NCBI GenBank assembly: GCA_010015585.1
Contig: ML975149.1
Source: Eremomyces bilateralis CBS 781.70
Lineage: Eukaryota
Strand: one strand, 5' to 3'
DNA: 64,000 bases
Shown: piece after piece, positions 13,767 through 26,373 of the stretch
Numbering within the stretch: the first letter of the stretch is position 1
Layout: the number at the start of each line of letters is the position of its first letter
Notes under the pieces: generated by a model
The model's database searches: none
Told to the model about the DNA's origin: nothing
What the model saw: the letters and a program-made list of their open reading frames with translations, nothing else
Made by a program: the position numbers and the translations under genes

Positions 13767-14543
13767 ATGGAGTCCAATAAACGTCCCCTCGCCGTCCGTG
13801 GCAGCCTCCTGGCATTCCTGACACATTTCCTGTCAGTCCAAAGGCCCCCATCGAGCCTGATCATCTGCAGCACCGAAGAAGGCTTCCTCGAAGGACTCAC
13901 CGGGCCATCCGCGTCAGCAAGTCTGGGCGTCTTACAGGCGCTCCTCTGCCCTACACTCGAACACATCCACACCCACGAACAAGTCCATGTGGCCTTCTGT
14001 CCGTCCGTCCAATCGCTCAAAGCCTATCTCAGCGTCTTCGAAGCATGCAGCAAGCCAAACCCAGAGCACGAGAGTGGCCAGCGGCGGCCGATCCTCGCAG
14101 TCATCAATCTGATCTCGGTACACGAAGGCACTTCCTCAGACTCGGCGCAGGGACTGAGCCGGGCGTGTGCGATGGCGGTCGAGGCGGCGATTCGGACGGG
14201 GCTGGAGTTGATGTTTTTCGAAACGGCGGAGATTCCGAGGGTGGTTGTGGCGGGGGATGAAGGTGGGGATTGGGAGGGTGAGGGGATGGACTGGATGGAG
14301 GAGGGAGGAGAGGAGGAGGAGGAGGAGGAGGAGGAGGAGGAGGAGGAGGAGGAGGAGGGAGAGGAGGGGGCTGGGGCAGGTGGGCAGCGGTATGATGGGT
14401 GGGAACGACAGGTAGGGATTCTTAGTTCGACAACAAGGAGTTTTAGATCGGGAGAGAGGGCGTGGGTTGGGAGGACGGTGCCGGTGAAGGCGATGCTGGG
14501 GAGATGGTGTCGCTTCGTGGAACTTGAGGAAAGCCTGTTCTAA
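13767..14543 (+). CDS. Uncharacterised 258-aa protein with poly-Glu tract (possible RecA-like/Shu-complex fold)
   Basis: Single ORF with CAGCCATG start context; alternating beta/alpha pattern; C-terminal WVGRTVPVKAMLGRW. Confidence 0.7.
   Translation: MESNKRPLAVRGSLLAFLTHFLSVQRPPSSLIICSTEEGFLEGLTGPSASASLGVLQALLCPTLEHIHTHEQVHVAFCPSVQSLKAYLSVFEACSKPNPEHESGQRRPILAVINLISVHEGTSSDSAQGLSRACAMAVEAAIRTGLELMFFETAEIPRVVVAGDEGGDWEGEGMDWMEEGGEEEEEEEEEEEEEEEEGEEGAGAGGQRYDGWERQVGILSSTTRSFRSGERAWVGRTVPVKAMLGRWCRFVELEESLF
14310..14357 (+). repeat. (GAG)16 coding trinucleotide microsatellite
   Basis: 16 uninterrupted GAG codons. Confidence 0.95.
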
Positions 14544-14684
14544 TCGTATCCACGAGTTCACGATGACGACTAGCGGTTACATTGGGATGACGATTGTCTA
14601 CGGATACCCAGATATCGTATCATGCCGTGGCAGATATGCCCGATCCATGACGCCTATTTACAACCATCGATGCCCTTGTCCCCC

Positions 14685-15487
14685 TCACTTCGTCCGAATC
14701 TGCTTCAGCTTCTTCGCACTGTACAAAAAGTTGTTCGCGTACACCTTTGGCACGAACTTCCGCTCGTTCGGCTCCTGCACGAAGTACTCGTACCCGTTCT
14801 TGTTCGCGAACCGGATCGCATCGTCCTTCGAGTGGAAATGCAATCGCTCGCTCTGCATGAAGTCGGCGGACGACTGCCATCCTATCAGCGGGTTCTCCCA
14901 TCGGTGGCCTTTGGGGAGCGGGTCCCAGTCCATGCGCCAGCTGTTGCCGTTCCAGTCGCCGGATTGCGTGGCGGGTTTGACGGGTTTGTAGATGCTATGC
15001 AGCGGTTAGAGTTGTCCTGACGTGTGCACCATGGGTGTCTTGGGATCGTTACCGGACGGTGCGGGCTTGTAGGTCAACGGGAGCACCGGATATGACCGCC
15101 GCGGCAGTATCGCCCTCCTCACCCCCATCCATCACCTTCTTCGGAATCGGCGACCATCGTCTGTCCGCATTAGCACATCTATCCCACCCATCCACCCAAC
15201 TGGAGTTCTCACGATGTCCGATACTCCACCGCCACATCGTAGTCCGGCTGATGCCTCGGCAATCCTTCTGCCGCTCCTTTCGGGGAGATGACGGGCGCTG
15301 GATTGACGAAATGGGATTTATCAGCGTCCTTTCTCGGAGGCCCGGTGGAGAGGGGGTCGGTGGTCTCACGTTGACTCGGCTCGCCGGCCGAGAAAGTTCG
15401 CACGGAGCCGGACCATGGTTGGGTAAGGGAGAGCGGGCGGGTTGGGGTCGAGAGGGCGGGGATACGGGCGCGTCGGAGGAGAGACAT
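14685..15487 (-). CDS. NDUFS4: NADH:ubiquinone oxidoreductase subunit NDUFS4 (3 exons)
   Basis: Presequence-like MSLLRRARIPALST; SGAPVDLQARTVR/IYKPVKPATQSG, WENPLIGWQSSADFMQ, LHFHSKDDAIRFANKNGYEYFVQEP. Confidence 0.93.
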
Positions 15488-15835
15488 GGTGGCCTTGCTA
15501 CGCTCAGAGGGGGTGGTTGGAAGCAATTGGAAGTGGAGGATCGATGGCGTCTGGCGATATGTTGAAGTGGTCGACATTGATGCAAGAGCTGGCTGGATTG
15601 GGATTAGCGTGGATGACATAAGCGGATTCCTCAACTTTCGACTTCGGAAGGAACGACCATCTGCGTGAAGTAGCTTCCGGTTGTTCATCGACTCGATCTT
15701 GACAACATTTCCCGAATTTTGCAGCGCAATTGCATTGAATACGTACGTTGATTCTCTCTGATCCTCCCTTGGCCGCATTGAGATGCGTGTAGATGGGCAC
15801 CGTAGCTAATCTCGCTCCAGAAAGTTCAATTCAAG

Positions 15836-16440
15836 ATGAGCTTCATCGTCAGGCGCAGTTTGTCAACCCTCATCCCACCGAAGGTATGGATCTCGAATGC
15901 GTCGAATGGGAGACATATGGCTAATTGACTCTTTAGATTGCATCTCCCAATGTACGTTATAGCCTTTCTCCATCCGTTCCCGATCACCCGATGGCCTCGA
16001 ACCTTCTCCCATCTCCTTCCGACGAAAATCCTCTCCTCGAAGCCGTGAATCCCCATCGCTCCGACCCCCATCTAACATCTCCTAGGCAATCGGTGCGGCT
16101 CAAGATGCGGCCCGCATGACGCGCGTGGTCAGCTTCTACGAAAAGCTCCCCCGCGGCCCGGCTCCGGAGCTCGCGAAGAAGAACCCGTTCACATCGCCCA
16201 TGCAGTGGTATTCGCAGAAGCACTTCGGGAAGAACTCATCGGGGTGGCGTAAGTGGGATGGACGACAGTATAGAGGGGTCATAGACTGACGGAAGCAGCA
16301 CTCATCCACGCCATTGCGGCGCTCTCGCTTCTCGGTTATGCGCAGAACTACTACTTCCATCTCCGTGAGTGATTGAGGGAAGACTTGAATGGGACTAATG
16401 GCTAACGATTGCAGGACACCACAAGAACAACGCGCACTAA
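15836..16440 (+). CDS. ATP17: Mitochondrial ATP synthase subunit f (5 exons incl. a 15-nt microexon); missed by the ORF track
   Basis: Spliced MSFIVRRSLSTLIPPK/IASPN/AIGAAQDAARMTRVVSFYEKLPRGPAP...WYSQKHFGKNSSGW/...LLGYAQNYYFHL/RHHKNNAH*. Confidence 0.92.
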
Positions 16441-17651
16441 AGCAGGAGTCACTAGATATCCGATTCTGAGCCGATTAGCATAAAGTGTTGTGTGTATATA
16501 GGACTCATGTCTGACTAGAATTCAGCCGTTCAAGAAGAGTACGAGGTTGATGTATGAGGTTGATGCGTGATTCATCGGTGTCTATAGATTTCGCTGAAGG
16601 GTTCTCTGTTGTTAGCAGTTGCCTCAGCATGGCATGAAGGAGGTCCTGTCCACTGATGCCTAATCCTGTCTACTTTCATACTGTGGTCTCTGTGACAGTT
16701 CCATAGCATGTTCGTCATTGAGGGAGAAACTTCCATCTATCAGGTCATACTGCAAACTCATATTTCGTGATTCCCCGTCCTTTACCCTATTGCCTCGACA
16801 ATCATCCCACATGAACGTGAAATCTCTCAACCACCAACACATAAAATGCTGCGGTGAGTGGTGCTTGTGGTGTATCGTGACATTTCTCTTTGTGTAACAC
16901 TTCCTTCCCCATACAGTACATGTATACCAAAACACTTCGAACGTTCAATGCAATCAACGGTAAATCGTCGAGCTTTGAGAATTCAAAACTCTTTTCCGCC
17001 CAAATATACATCCTGATCGCGTCTAAAACCTCATAAATTGCGATTCTCTCTCCTCCCCGTCACCGGATCTCCGCCCAACTCTGCCACGCTTGACGCTTGG
17101 CGTGCCAAGACCCGCAACGCGACGTCCTCCCATCGTCAGAGTGTCACAGTGTCTGAGTGTCACACCTGCTCCGTTGCATGAAGTCTTCTTCGACAACTTT
17201 AAACCCGGCTGTTTGAAAGCCTCTCATCCTTCCTTCGTAAATCCGACATCTACGTCGCCTTACCCATCTCCGAATTCGAGCTTGCCTTCTGCAGCTCCCT
17301 GGCCGAACGCCCAGCGAAGAATCCAAACCCTTGAGCGCGCGAACGCTTGCCTCCGTGTAGGGAGACATCTTCGGCTCCACGTCAGCTTCATAATCCGATC
17401 CCCCATCCTCTTGCAGCTCGAGACTCTGCTGCGCTTTCACGGAAGCGCCATCCTAGTCCTCGTGGCCCGACTCGCATCCTGACCAAGGTAGCCATCCCTT
17501 CTTATCTTTCCCCGTCTCGCCGCTCGGAGAATTCCATCAGCCCGCAAATCCTCCGGGCTTGCTTTCGACGCTTTCTGAACCGTTCTCTGGCTTTCGCAAC
17601 CCGCCGAGATCAACCTGCTAATTCCGTATATGGACAGACCCGAGATTTGTT

Positions 17652-20600
17652 ATGGCAGAGCAGACCACCCACGATGTGCTAAAGGAAGCCAAGTCGGTGG
17701 GTGAGGCTTTGCCCATCGACGAATCTGCGACACCTACCACCACCAGCGACGCCAGCAACGGCAAGGAAAACCTCAACCCATCGATTCACGGAGGAGATGA
17801 CAATCCCAGCCTGGGGAGCGACGGCGCGCAAAACGCGAACTCGGCTGCGTCCGTCCCGGATTCGGGAATCGTCGTGGATGGCCCCCCAGGCTCTGAGGTG
17901 CAGACGCCCGACGGAACGGTCCGGCAGGTGGTGGTAGATGTCAGTGGAGGCTCCGATACCGACACGAGTAGAGGTGACCCGAGCAAATCTGGAGAACCGC
18001 ACCATGTCCGGAGTGGATCGATGAAGAAGCCGGCCGCGTTCAAATCTGTGTCGGTGACGAAGAACTTCCTCGCCAAGACAGCTACGGCTACGGCTCCGGC
18101 TCGGATCGGGGAGAAAGGTACTGAAGTTGAAGGTATTCACTCGAGGACACTGCTGATTGCTCTAGGAACGTCTCCGGCGCCCAACTCGACACTACAGGCG
18201 GCAAAGCCTCGACTTGTTGCGAAGTCGGGAAGTGGACTCACAGGACTATCTCGAGTTGGGAAGTTGAACGGCGTCGCAGCTGGACCGGATGCGAGCAAAG
18301 TCTGGAACAAGAACCAACGTGAGATTTCCTTTGCTTCCACTGATTGTATATGAGTTTCTAATATGGCTTATTAGCCGTTCCGACACCGCCGCCAAAACAA
18401 TTTACGGACGAAGAACTGAAACAGCAGTACGGAATTCACATGGCAACACGTCTGGGGGCGGATGAAGTGGGAAAGGAAGCCAAATGGGCCGATATCGACG
18501 ATGACGAGGACGACTGGGCTCCGGAGACGGTGGAATGGATGGACGGCACGAAGACAAGCGGCGCAATGCCAGTATCGGAACCCCATCCGCCACCGCCGCC
18601 AGTAGTGGTTGAACAAAAAGCCATGCCACTGAAAGATCAGACGCCTCTGCCCGCTGCACAACCCGTTGCACAACCCGCTACACAACCCGCTCCACAATTC
18701 GCTGCTCCAGCAGAGAAACCTACGCTCTCCAGCACGACGAAGACCATTCTGAAGCCAGGGTCCCACTCTGGGAGTTCTGGCCAGAAATTGGCATTGGGCG
18801 GAGCCGGAAGATCAACGACTGACCAGAAGCCAACCTTGGTTGCCAAGCCGTCCGTTGCGACGGTGAAGTCGCCATGGGCAGCCTTGCCTCCTATCGAAAA
18901 GGCCTCCCCAGTTCTTGTCAAACCCCCCATGCAGCAGCCGCAGCCCAGATATCCCCAAGAACCCCAAGGGTATGGTGCCGCGCCATCTGCGGCCAAAGAG
19001 ATCGCTGCCGATGACTTCAATCGCACCTGGAGAACAACCGATACCGGAACGAAGGAGTTGTATAACTCGCATTCTGGTCGTTACGAACCTGTGAATGATG
19101 CTCGGAGAGGGTCAAGACACGAACATGGTGGCTATCGCCAAACCTCCGTCCTGCAGAGATCTGGGGGACAAGGCGGCCCGGCAGAGCCCTCGGCTGCTTT
19201 CCAGACATCTCGCTCCAGTGGCTCCGAAGGGCAGCAATGGGCCCGGCACCGAACCGGTTCGAATGTCAGCGGTGGTAGCGGACCACAAGGTCGACGAGTG
19301 TCCTTCACACGACCAGACTTCTCACGGCCGGACATGTCCGTTGGTGAAATGCCCGGCCCGATGCGGCGTGGATCTCATGCTGGTTCTGAAGTGTTCATGC
19401 CTGGTGGCACGGTTCGTTCGCCCTTCATGCAACACCGAGTCCCTTATGACCGTGGTGTATCTCCTAATAATGCCGCGTCGTACGCAAGCTCCTCGCCCAC
19501 GAACAGCCACGTTTTGCCCGTCGCTCCGGTTCCTGGTACAGAATCTGGCCAGCAATCGCCTTCCCTGAGTGCGGTGGAACAGCAGAAGGTGTTGATGCGT
19601 ACGAAGCTGGAAGCTGCGCGTCTGGCCAAGCAGCGGGAGAGAGAGGCGGAAGAACGCGAGGAGGCGGCCCGAAAGGAACGTCTGCGATTGAAATTGGCGG
19701 CGTTGAGCCCTGCACACGAAGTCAGTGACAAGGATATCGTTGAAGCGGTCAAACAAGTGAAGGACGAACTGGTGATGGAGAAACAAAGCCAACAAGTGCT
19801 TCCGCAACCATCACCACCCAAACCTCCGATTCCGACGGCCGCAGATGGTGGAGTGGCTCAGTACGGGTTGATGAAGGTTCATCAACCTCATCCTGTCAAG
19901 AAGTACTCACCGTCTGGAAGTCATGTTCAGCCGGCAGCGGTGAATCACGCGGGCACAACCGGGGAGACAATTCCTTGGTCACCGAGGCGAGGGCAAATGG
20001 CAACATCACCAGCAAAAGCGTCAGCGCAGCCAACGCACGCTCCGAGACTGGATACCCAAGGCCCTCAACGAGCCGGTATGACTGATAGCGGTATTCGACA
20101 CATGGGTCCGCCTGCGGGAGAGACAAACAGCACGAATGTTGGGCCCGCGCATGGTCACACGCAGGCGCAATCACATGCGTCGCCAGCAAAAGTCTCATCA
20201 GCACAGTGGACGGTGGGGACCAGTCAAAACCGTCCCGATCTGGCCGTCAGCTGGGGTGATAGAAGCATTTCTTCAACGCTCTCTTCCGCACACAACGTCT
20301 GGGGTCCTCCGAATCGCGACAATCGCAGTCTGGGGAACGGAACCTTCGGTGCCTCTTATTCACAGATCCCTTCGGCTCCTCAATCGATGCGAGCCTCCAT
20401 AGGGAACCAATCACAGCGACCTCACGACAATAACGGTCCCTTCGGACAGAACCAGCAACCCATAGCCGCTTATTCACAGACTTCTGTCGACAATAGAGGT
20501 GAAAGCGGTTATCCTGACAATAGCGGAGGTGAAAGTGGAAGAAAGGAAGCCAGCGGTTTCACCTTTCCCGCCGAGTCCTCCTCGGGTATAAAAACCCCTC

Positions 20601-22483
20601 TCCCCCCCAACTTTCCTTCTTCCACTTCTCATTCACCCACACACACCCCCTCGGGTGAATTTCAATCCACTTCTGTTTTAGCCACTAACTTTTCTGATAA
20701 TCTTGCGCCGAGCGCTTCTGTTTCTACTTCTACTTCAACTTCCACCAATCCCCACTTGGTTTCCAATACTTCAATTCTTCCGTCACAACCTTCATCCACT
20801 CATCCATCCACTTCTTTCAATGATTCCCAGCATCAGCTCACTGTTCCTGGAGAACACTCGTCTTCTTCTCAACAGACCTCATCCTTTGTCTCTCCGTACA
20901 TCTCTGCAAAGATGCCTGCCGGTCATTCTTCCAGCACCAAGAACGCCATGGCCAGTTCTGGCATTCGTGGATGGGCTGCTTTCGCCCAGCACGGACATGA
21001 CGCCGAGCTCGCCATCCTGCCTGATCAGATGAAAGTCCTGGATGCTGCCAACCTCAGACGAGGACAGTCTAACGAGGACGTCGATATTAGCTCGCAAGTG
21101 GTTTTCAAGCAGACCACAAGCAGCAAACCAAAGACCAAGTCTTCTCGCGACACCAAACCTAAGGAGACTATCATCCCTGCTCACCTGAAGCCCAAACCCG
21201 AGTCTCAACCTCGCAGCGGATACAAGCCTCCGCACCTCATGGAGAAGCCCGCAGCTCCTACCACTATCACTGCTCCCTCGCCGAAGCCGAAGGCGGAGTC
21301 CCGATTCTTCCCGGCGACTCTCACTCATGGTCATTCTATCAAGACCACGATCGAGCTCAATGGCAACGGCCCCGCTCCCGATGACCAGGAGCACAATCAT
21401 CCAGTCTTCGATGGGGCGACGGGAGGTCCTCGTGTCAAGTTCCCGACCCCTACCCCCATTGTCAATCTCCCGGGCAGGAACGTCAAGGCCGCCAATAAGA
21501 ACGAGGCGATCTTGAACAAAATAAACGAGCTCCTCAAGCATGCTGAGGTGAAGATTAACCCCCAGACTGCCGCAGTCGCGGCTGTGGAACCTGTGGCTCC
21601 ATCCACCAAAGCTCAACTCGAGCAGGTTTCGGACAACGATGACACCACTGTCAACTTGCCTGTCCAGAAGATTGACAAGGGGAAAGAACCTGAGGGCCAC
21701 ATCACGCTTGACGACTTCCTGTTGTTCACAGAGATGGTAGAGAAGAGCCCCGGGCTCGAAGCTAGCCGCTGGGCAGTCAAACCTGGCAACAAGCCGGCAG
21801 CAGAAGAGGAGGTCGTCGAGGAACCTCAATTCGGATCGACCCCCCGCATTGCACCTCCGCGTCAGTCTCACAACAACGCGAGGAACCACCCCGGTGCGCC
21901 GGTCGTGTTCGCACCCCAAGGCCGCGCTCCTCGTCCAGTCGCCTCCACCACTCGTGCTCCTCGCGAACCCAGCCCGAATGAGGACGCCAATGGCCGATTT
22001 GTCCGTGTCAGCTTCAATGGCAATGCTGCTCGCCGCATCACTGTCAACCGCAGCGCTGCGCCGCTACGATCCAACGCCAACCCTACCCGTCCTACCAACC
22101 AGAACTTCCAAGCTGCACGTAATGGCACTGGAAACAGCTACCCGCAACCCGCGCGTGCCGGTCCAAGCAACTACACGCAGGCGCATGCTGGTCCCAACAA
22201 TCACTTTCAAGGTGCACACAACGGGCCCAACCACTATCAAGCGCCTCACGCTAGTCCCAACAACCCCTATGTTGCCCACAACAACGCGAACTTCGCCGGA
22301 CCATCTCACCCGGCCCATCAACAGATGAATGGAGCCACCGTCCCCGGCCAACCCGGCAACACCAATTCCACTGGCGGTCATCCCACTCGCAACTGGCACT
22401 ACCGCGGCAAGCGAGCCGGCAAAGCTCACCAACGTGGCAAGCGCGCCAGGGAAGCTGCTCAAACCGCCGCGGACAACAACTGA
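17652..22483 (+). CDS. Large, mostly disordered protein (about 1570 aa), PRRC2/BAT2-like architecture suspected
   Basis: ORF 17652-18353 spliced into ORF 18440-22483; KVWNKNQ, FTDEELKQQYGIHMATRL, KWADIDDDEDDWAPETVEW, charged coiled coil; 5'UTR intron at about 17488-17637. Confidence 0.8.
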
Positions 22484-23200
22484 GCGCATTTCGACGCGGA
22501 TTTCGCACACGCATAAGCATTTCTCATGCCAACGAAACGGACTTCCTTCCACCACTCACATGGCGTTCACATGGATGCGATTTCACATTGCGCGAACCAG
22601 CGGCTCACATTCCGAGCTTCCGGCGTTTTCAACTATTTCCCTCCCCGCTTGTCACTTTGTTTCCGATTTCACCCCAGGCACCGCAATTTCACCGCCGACG
22701 CACACAGCGGCTGTCAACTTGACTTTGTGAGGCATCCACATCATGGACTGCTGCGCGCATTTTCGGGAGGGCATCAGACATGGCAAGCACCTTGACCATA
22801 CCACTAATAATTGATGCGCGCATGTTGCTTTTGTCCCGTTTCATCCCTGCTCCGTTGTCTACACAGTCACACATTGAGCGCGATACGAAAATGGTGGAGC
22901 GAGAGAGCGAGACACAGACAGAGAGATGGATCCGATGGTGGATTTGTAGAGAGATATGGCTAGTCCTGCTGGATCTCGTAGCTAGCAATCATACAGATGC
23001 AAAACTTTCTACGCTTTGGTGCTTGTAGGTCGTGATGTGATGAGTGACTTGATTACGGATGCCTATCACCGTGCTTCATGTCATCGGTATGCTCCAAACT
23101 CAACTTCCTTCACACCCTCGCTGCTTTCCAAGCCGTTGCCATTCCTCAAATTACCTCTATTCTAAAGCCACCCCCTCCAGATCTCGGTATCTCTCCGAAC

Positions 23201-23350
23201 GCTAGTTGTCCTCCCACCGTTTGAGCTGAATTATGCACTATAGCTACGTTGTACCAGCCTTGTGTTGCCCGTCCCGAAGCTTCCCGAAGCTTCCCCGATG
23301 GCTAGTTATCCTCCCACCGTTTAGACGAATGATGCATCATAGCCACGTTG
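23201..23350 (+). repeat. Diverged direct repeat of about 50 bp, period 100 bp
   Basis: gctagttgtcctcccaccgttt...tgcactatagctacgttg (23201) vs gctagttatcctcccaccgttt...tgcatcatagccacgttg (23301). Confidence 0.8.
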
Positions 23351-25207
23351 GATGTGTCTTATGTAGTCTGTCCTTATGCTTGCTGATTCCACTTGCTCCT
23401 TGAACAAATCACCCACACGGTCCATTTCCAGCCCATCCGCAGCCCTTGTTGTCCCGTGTGCTATAGAAGAGTCATGTCCATGAACTGCTTCCAAGATGTC
23501 CTGTCCGGCCTGCCACAGTCCACCGCCGAGAAATTCCATGCATTTTCTAGATGCTGTTCAGTGTCATCGGCTATCGGGGTGCTGTCGATGTCTGATCCTC
23601 GTCGCCTACCCGAGTCGGCTTTATCCCCATGTTTTGGGCCGAACTTGGTGACGGTCCGTGGTATGTCAGCTCCACCGGTCATCACTTGGTGTATCTCAGT
23701 GCAATTCAGTTAGACGTTCCACAATCTCTGAGGTCGTAGGTTCTAGAATAGTCGTCATCGGGCCCGCCAAATGGGAGGTGACTCCGAAATCTGAAACGGC
23801 ATGACTAATAATGGTCTCTGTGTCTAATGCAATACGTCATCGCATTGATTGATCGACCCCTAAGCGGCATCCATAGGAAGGCAAATATTTGTGACTGAGT
23901 TAACCCTCGCCGAAGCCGTTTGCTGCCTTTGCTTGCAATGTGGTGCCTAATCATGAAGATTCATTATCAGTAGTTGTCAAAGAAAGATACCCTAGCACCT
24001 CAGAAGAAACCATTTGTTTCCTGGCTGCCCTTCTGACTGGGTCCACTGGACCACTCCTATAAGTATTTGCGATCTCCTGCTTGCGTTTAGATCCTCAAGT
24101 CACGCATCCCTATCGGGTGATTGATGCATTTTGTACCAGTTAGTAGTATATAAAATCATTCAAGGTGTTGAGCACATCGTTCTTCATATAGTCTTCCATT
24201 CGTTCGCTAGCCACCTGCCGGCGATCCATTCCCTTGGCACTATATTTGCCCCCTCGACTTGAGATTCCAGCGACAAGTTCAGGAGGGCCTTCCTGAAGAG
24301 TTGGCGGAGGAACTCGAGGGTCTGGCAGTGAGCGATCTCAGCTTCGGGCAAAATATTTGGAGCCTCACGGTTGATGGCATTGGCTCCCCGATTCACTTGT
24401 CTGGCATTCTCCGGGGCGTTTGCCGGACCTTTGGACAACAGGAAGCTGTTACTGGTAGTGGACGACGTGAAGAGAGGATCCCATACCGCACGGGTTGAAT
24501 CCAGGGAAGTTACAGCTCATGACAGTGACTCAACTAATCAACTCCTTTAGACCAGCGCTCGCACTCAGCGTTCAATCTCCAACTTTGAAGGCGTAGTGGA
24601 AGACCGCCACTGGTAAGACTGACGAATTAGTCCCAAGGATTGTACGAACCACCGAATGGGCAATTATAGACCCCCAACTGCTATAGTTCAAATATGGAAG
24701 AAGAGACCTGGCCAAGACCTGGAGGTGGATGTGATGTCGCCGAGTACCGCGCATGGGGCGATGTCAACACAGAGACTTAGTATTCTTATGGACAGACAGA
24801 TGTCGAAAGCCCTAGTGGATAATGATGAGAGATGGTTCGTGCTCTTGATGCTCGGTGTTGTTCTTCTTCGTACGGCTTCTTGTCGCTTTGCACTATCCCC
24901 TCTCTACATTATGCAGTTAGTCAGTACGCACCTATATAAGTTACTCGCTTCCGAAGTGAGCAGCTTAAAGGGTTAAGCTAAAGTTTCCCTCACAACATGA
25001 TTCCTCATATTGATCGTGATGGAACGAACATTGACGTACCTTGCTCAGCAAGCACCATCAACAACCAGTCTTGAGATTGGCTGAATAAATTAAAATTGTA
25101 ACCTATCAAACATCGACTTGAGAGTCCATTCGAATTCTGATAAACATCGTTGACAAATTTATTTTATTAATTATTTACCATGTATAATGGTAGAGACTGC
25201 CTTTGTA

Positions 25208-25263
25208 CGCATCTCGACCGAGTCTCTTTAAGTCTCGCATCTCGACCGAGTCTCTTTAAGTCT
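25208..25263 (+). repeat. Perfect 28-bp tandem duplication
   Basis: cgcatctcgaccgagtctctttaagtct x2. Confidence 0.9.
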
Positions 25264-26278
25264 CAGGCATATGACGATCGCTGTGCCATAATTCAGTCTA
25301 CCATCATTCCTACTGAGGCCGGCAAACGGTTGGCAACATCTGGAAAAAATGACCCTTTTTCCTTTGCTTCGCCTGTTGGCTGCCCACGATGGTTTATCTC
25401 CACTGATCAAGAAAGGAAAAGTCCTTTTCTGTGTAGATGCATCTTCTTTTTCTTCTTCTCTTCAGTGACGAGAATCAATACAAAGCTGTGTGTTGCGAGT
25501 CAAGACTATCCAGATATGTCAATATCCGTGCGTGATCACCTGATCTATCGAAAAGTCTTTCTTCCCACAGAATGCTATCAGGTGTGAGGTGATGGCCATG
25601 CTTCCCCCAAAAACACATTCTTAGGAGGACACAGGATAGTGAGAGGGACTCCTATACCATCTCGAGGCCCGGGACATTCAGGGGATACTAGGGACTAAAT
25701 ACTTTACCAAAATCAAAACACGCAGGTAGACTAGTTGTAAATTGGACCTCTCCTGTTTAGTTGGCTTTAACAATCTTGCACATTCCAAGATCCCATGGCT
25801 ATCTGTGACACCGTGACACACTCTCTAGCGATAACAATCATTCGGAGTAGGAGTACGGTGCCGTAAGATGATTTAGAGACCGTGATTCGACTTATATTCC
25901 GAAGCTCTGGCCGGGGGTTAGGGGAAAGGAAGCGAGACTCCAGGAATATTGGAGATACTATATATGAATAGGGAGGCTTATCGCCACAGTCATATGGCGA
26001 GATATCGACATTGGGTCCTAAGATAGTTTCAAGAGACTTGGAGAAAACTAGACAGGCAATGAACCATACCCCTACTGTCATACAGACAAAAGCAGCAGAA
26101 GACTTCATGAGATGATGAGAACCATGAGGCATATGACCCAAAAAAAAGCCGACGCTAATAATTGCAAGTCACAGGGCGTTCATAATGACGAGATATAAAT
26201 GTTAATGTTACCATGTATGTGAGTGATTCATAGATCTGATCCACTCGGCGGTCTCCAACAGGAGAAAGAAAAAAAGAA

Positions 26279-26373
26279 TAGCTCAGGACGGCCTCGATCC
26301 GTCGACCTTCGGGTAAACTCATTCACAAGATGTGTATGAGCCCAACGCGCTAAACCCACTGCGCCACTGAGCT
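26279..26373 (-). tRNA. tRNA-Met(CAT), initiator-type, with 20-nt intron (26315-26334)
   Basis: Acceptor AGCTCAG/CTGAGCT, D-stem GCGC/GCGC, anticodon arm TTGGG-CTCATA[intron]A-CCCGA, T-arm GACGG-ATCGAGG-CCGTC; A1:U72, A54, three G:C pairs in the anticodon stem; T-run terminator downstream. Confidence 0.9.

Noticed and set aside
20879..21919. 346-aa minus-strand ORF
   Set aside because: Antisense to a C-ending-codon exon; no recognisable motifs
23201..25263. Short direct repeats as a CRISPR array or LTRs
   Set aside because: Only two copies each, no spacer series, no TG..CA ends, eukaryotic context
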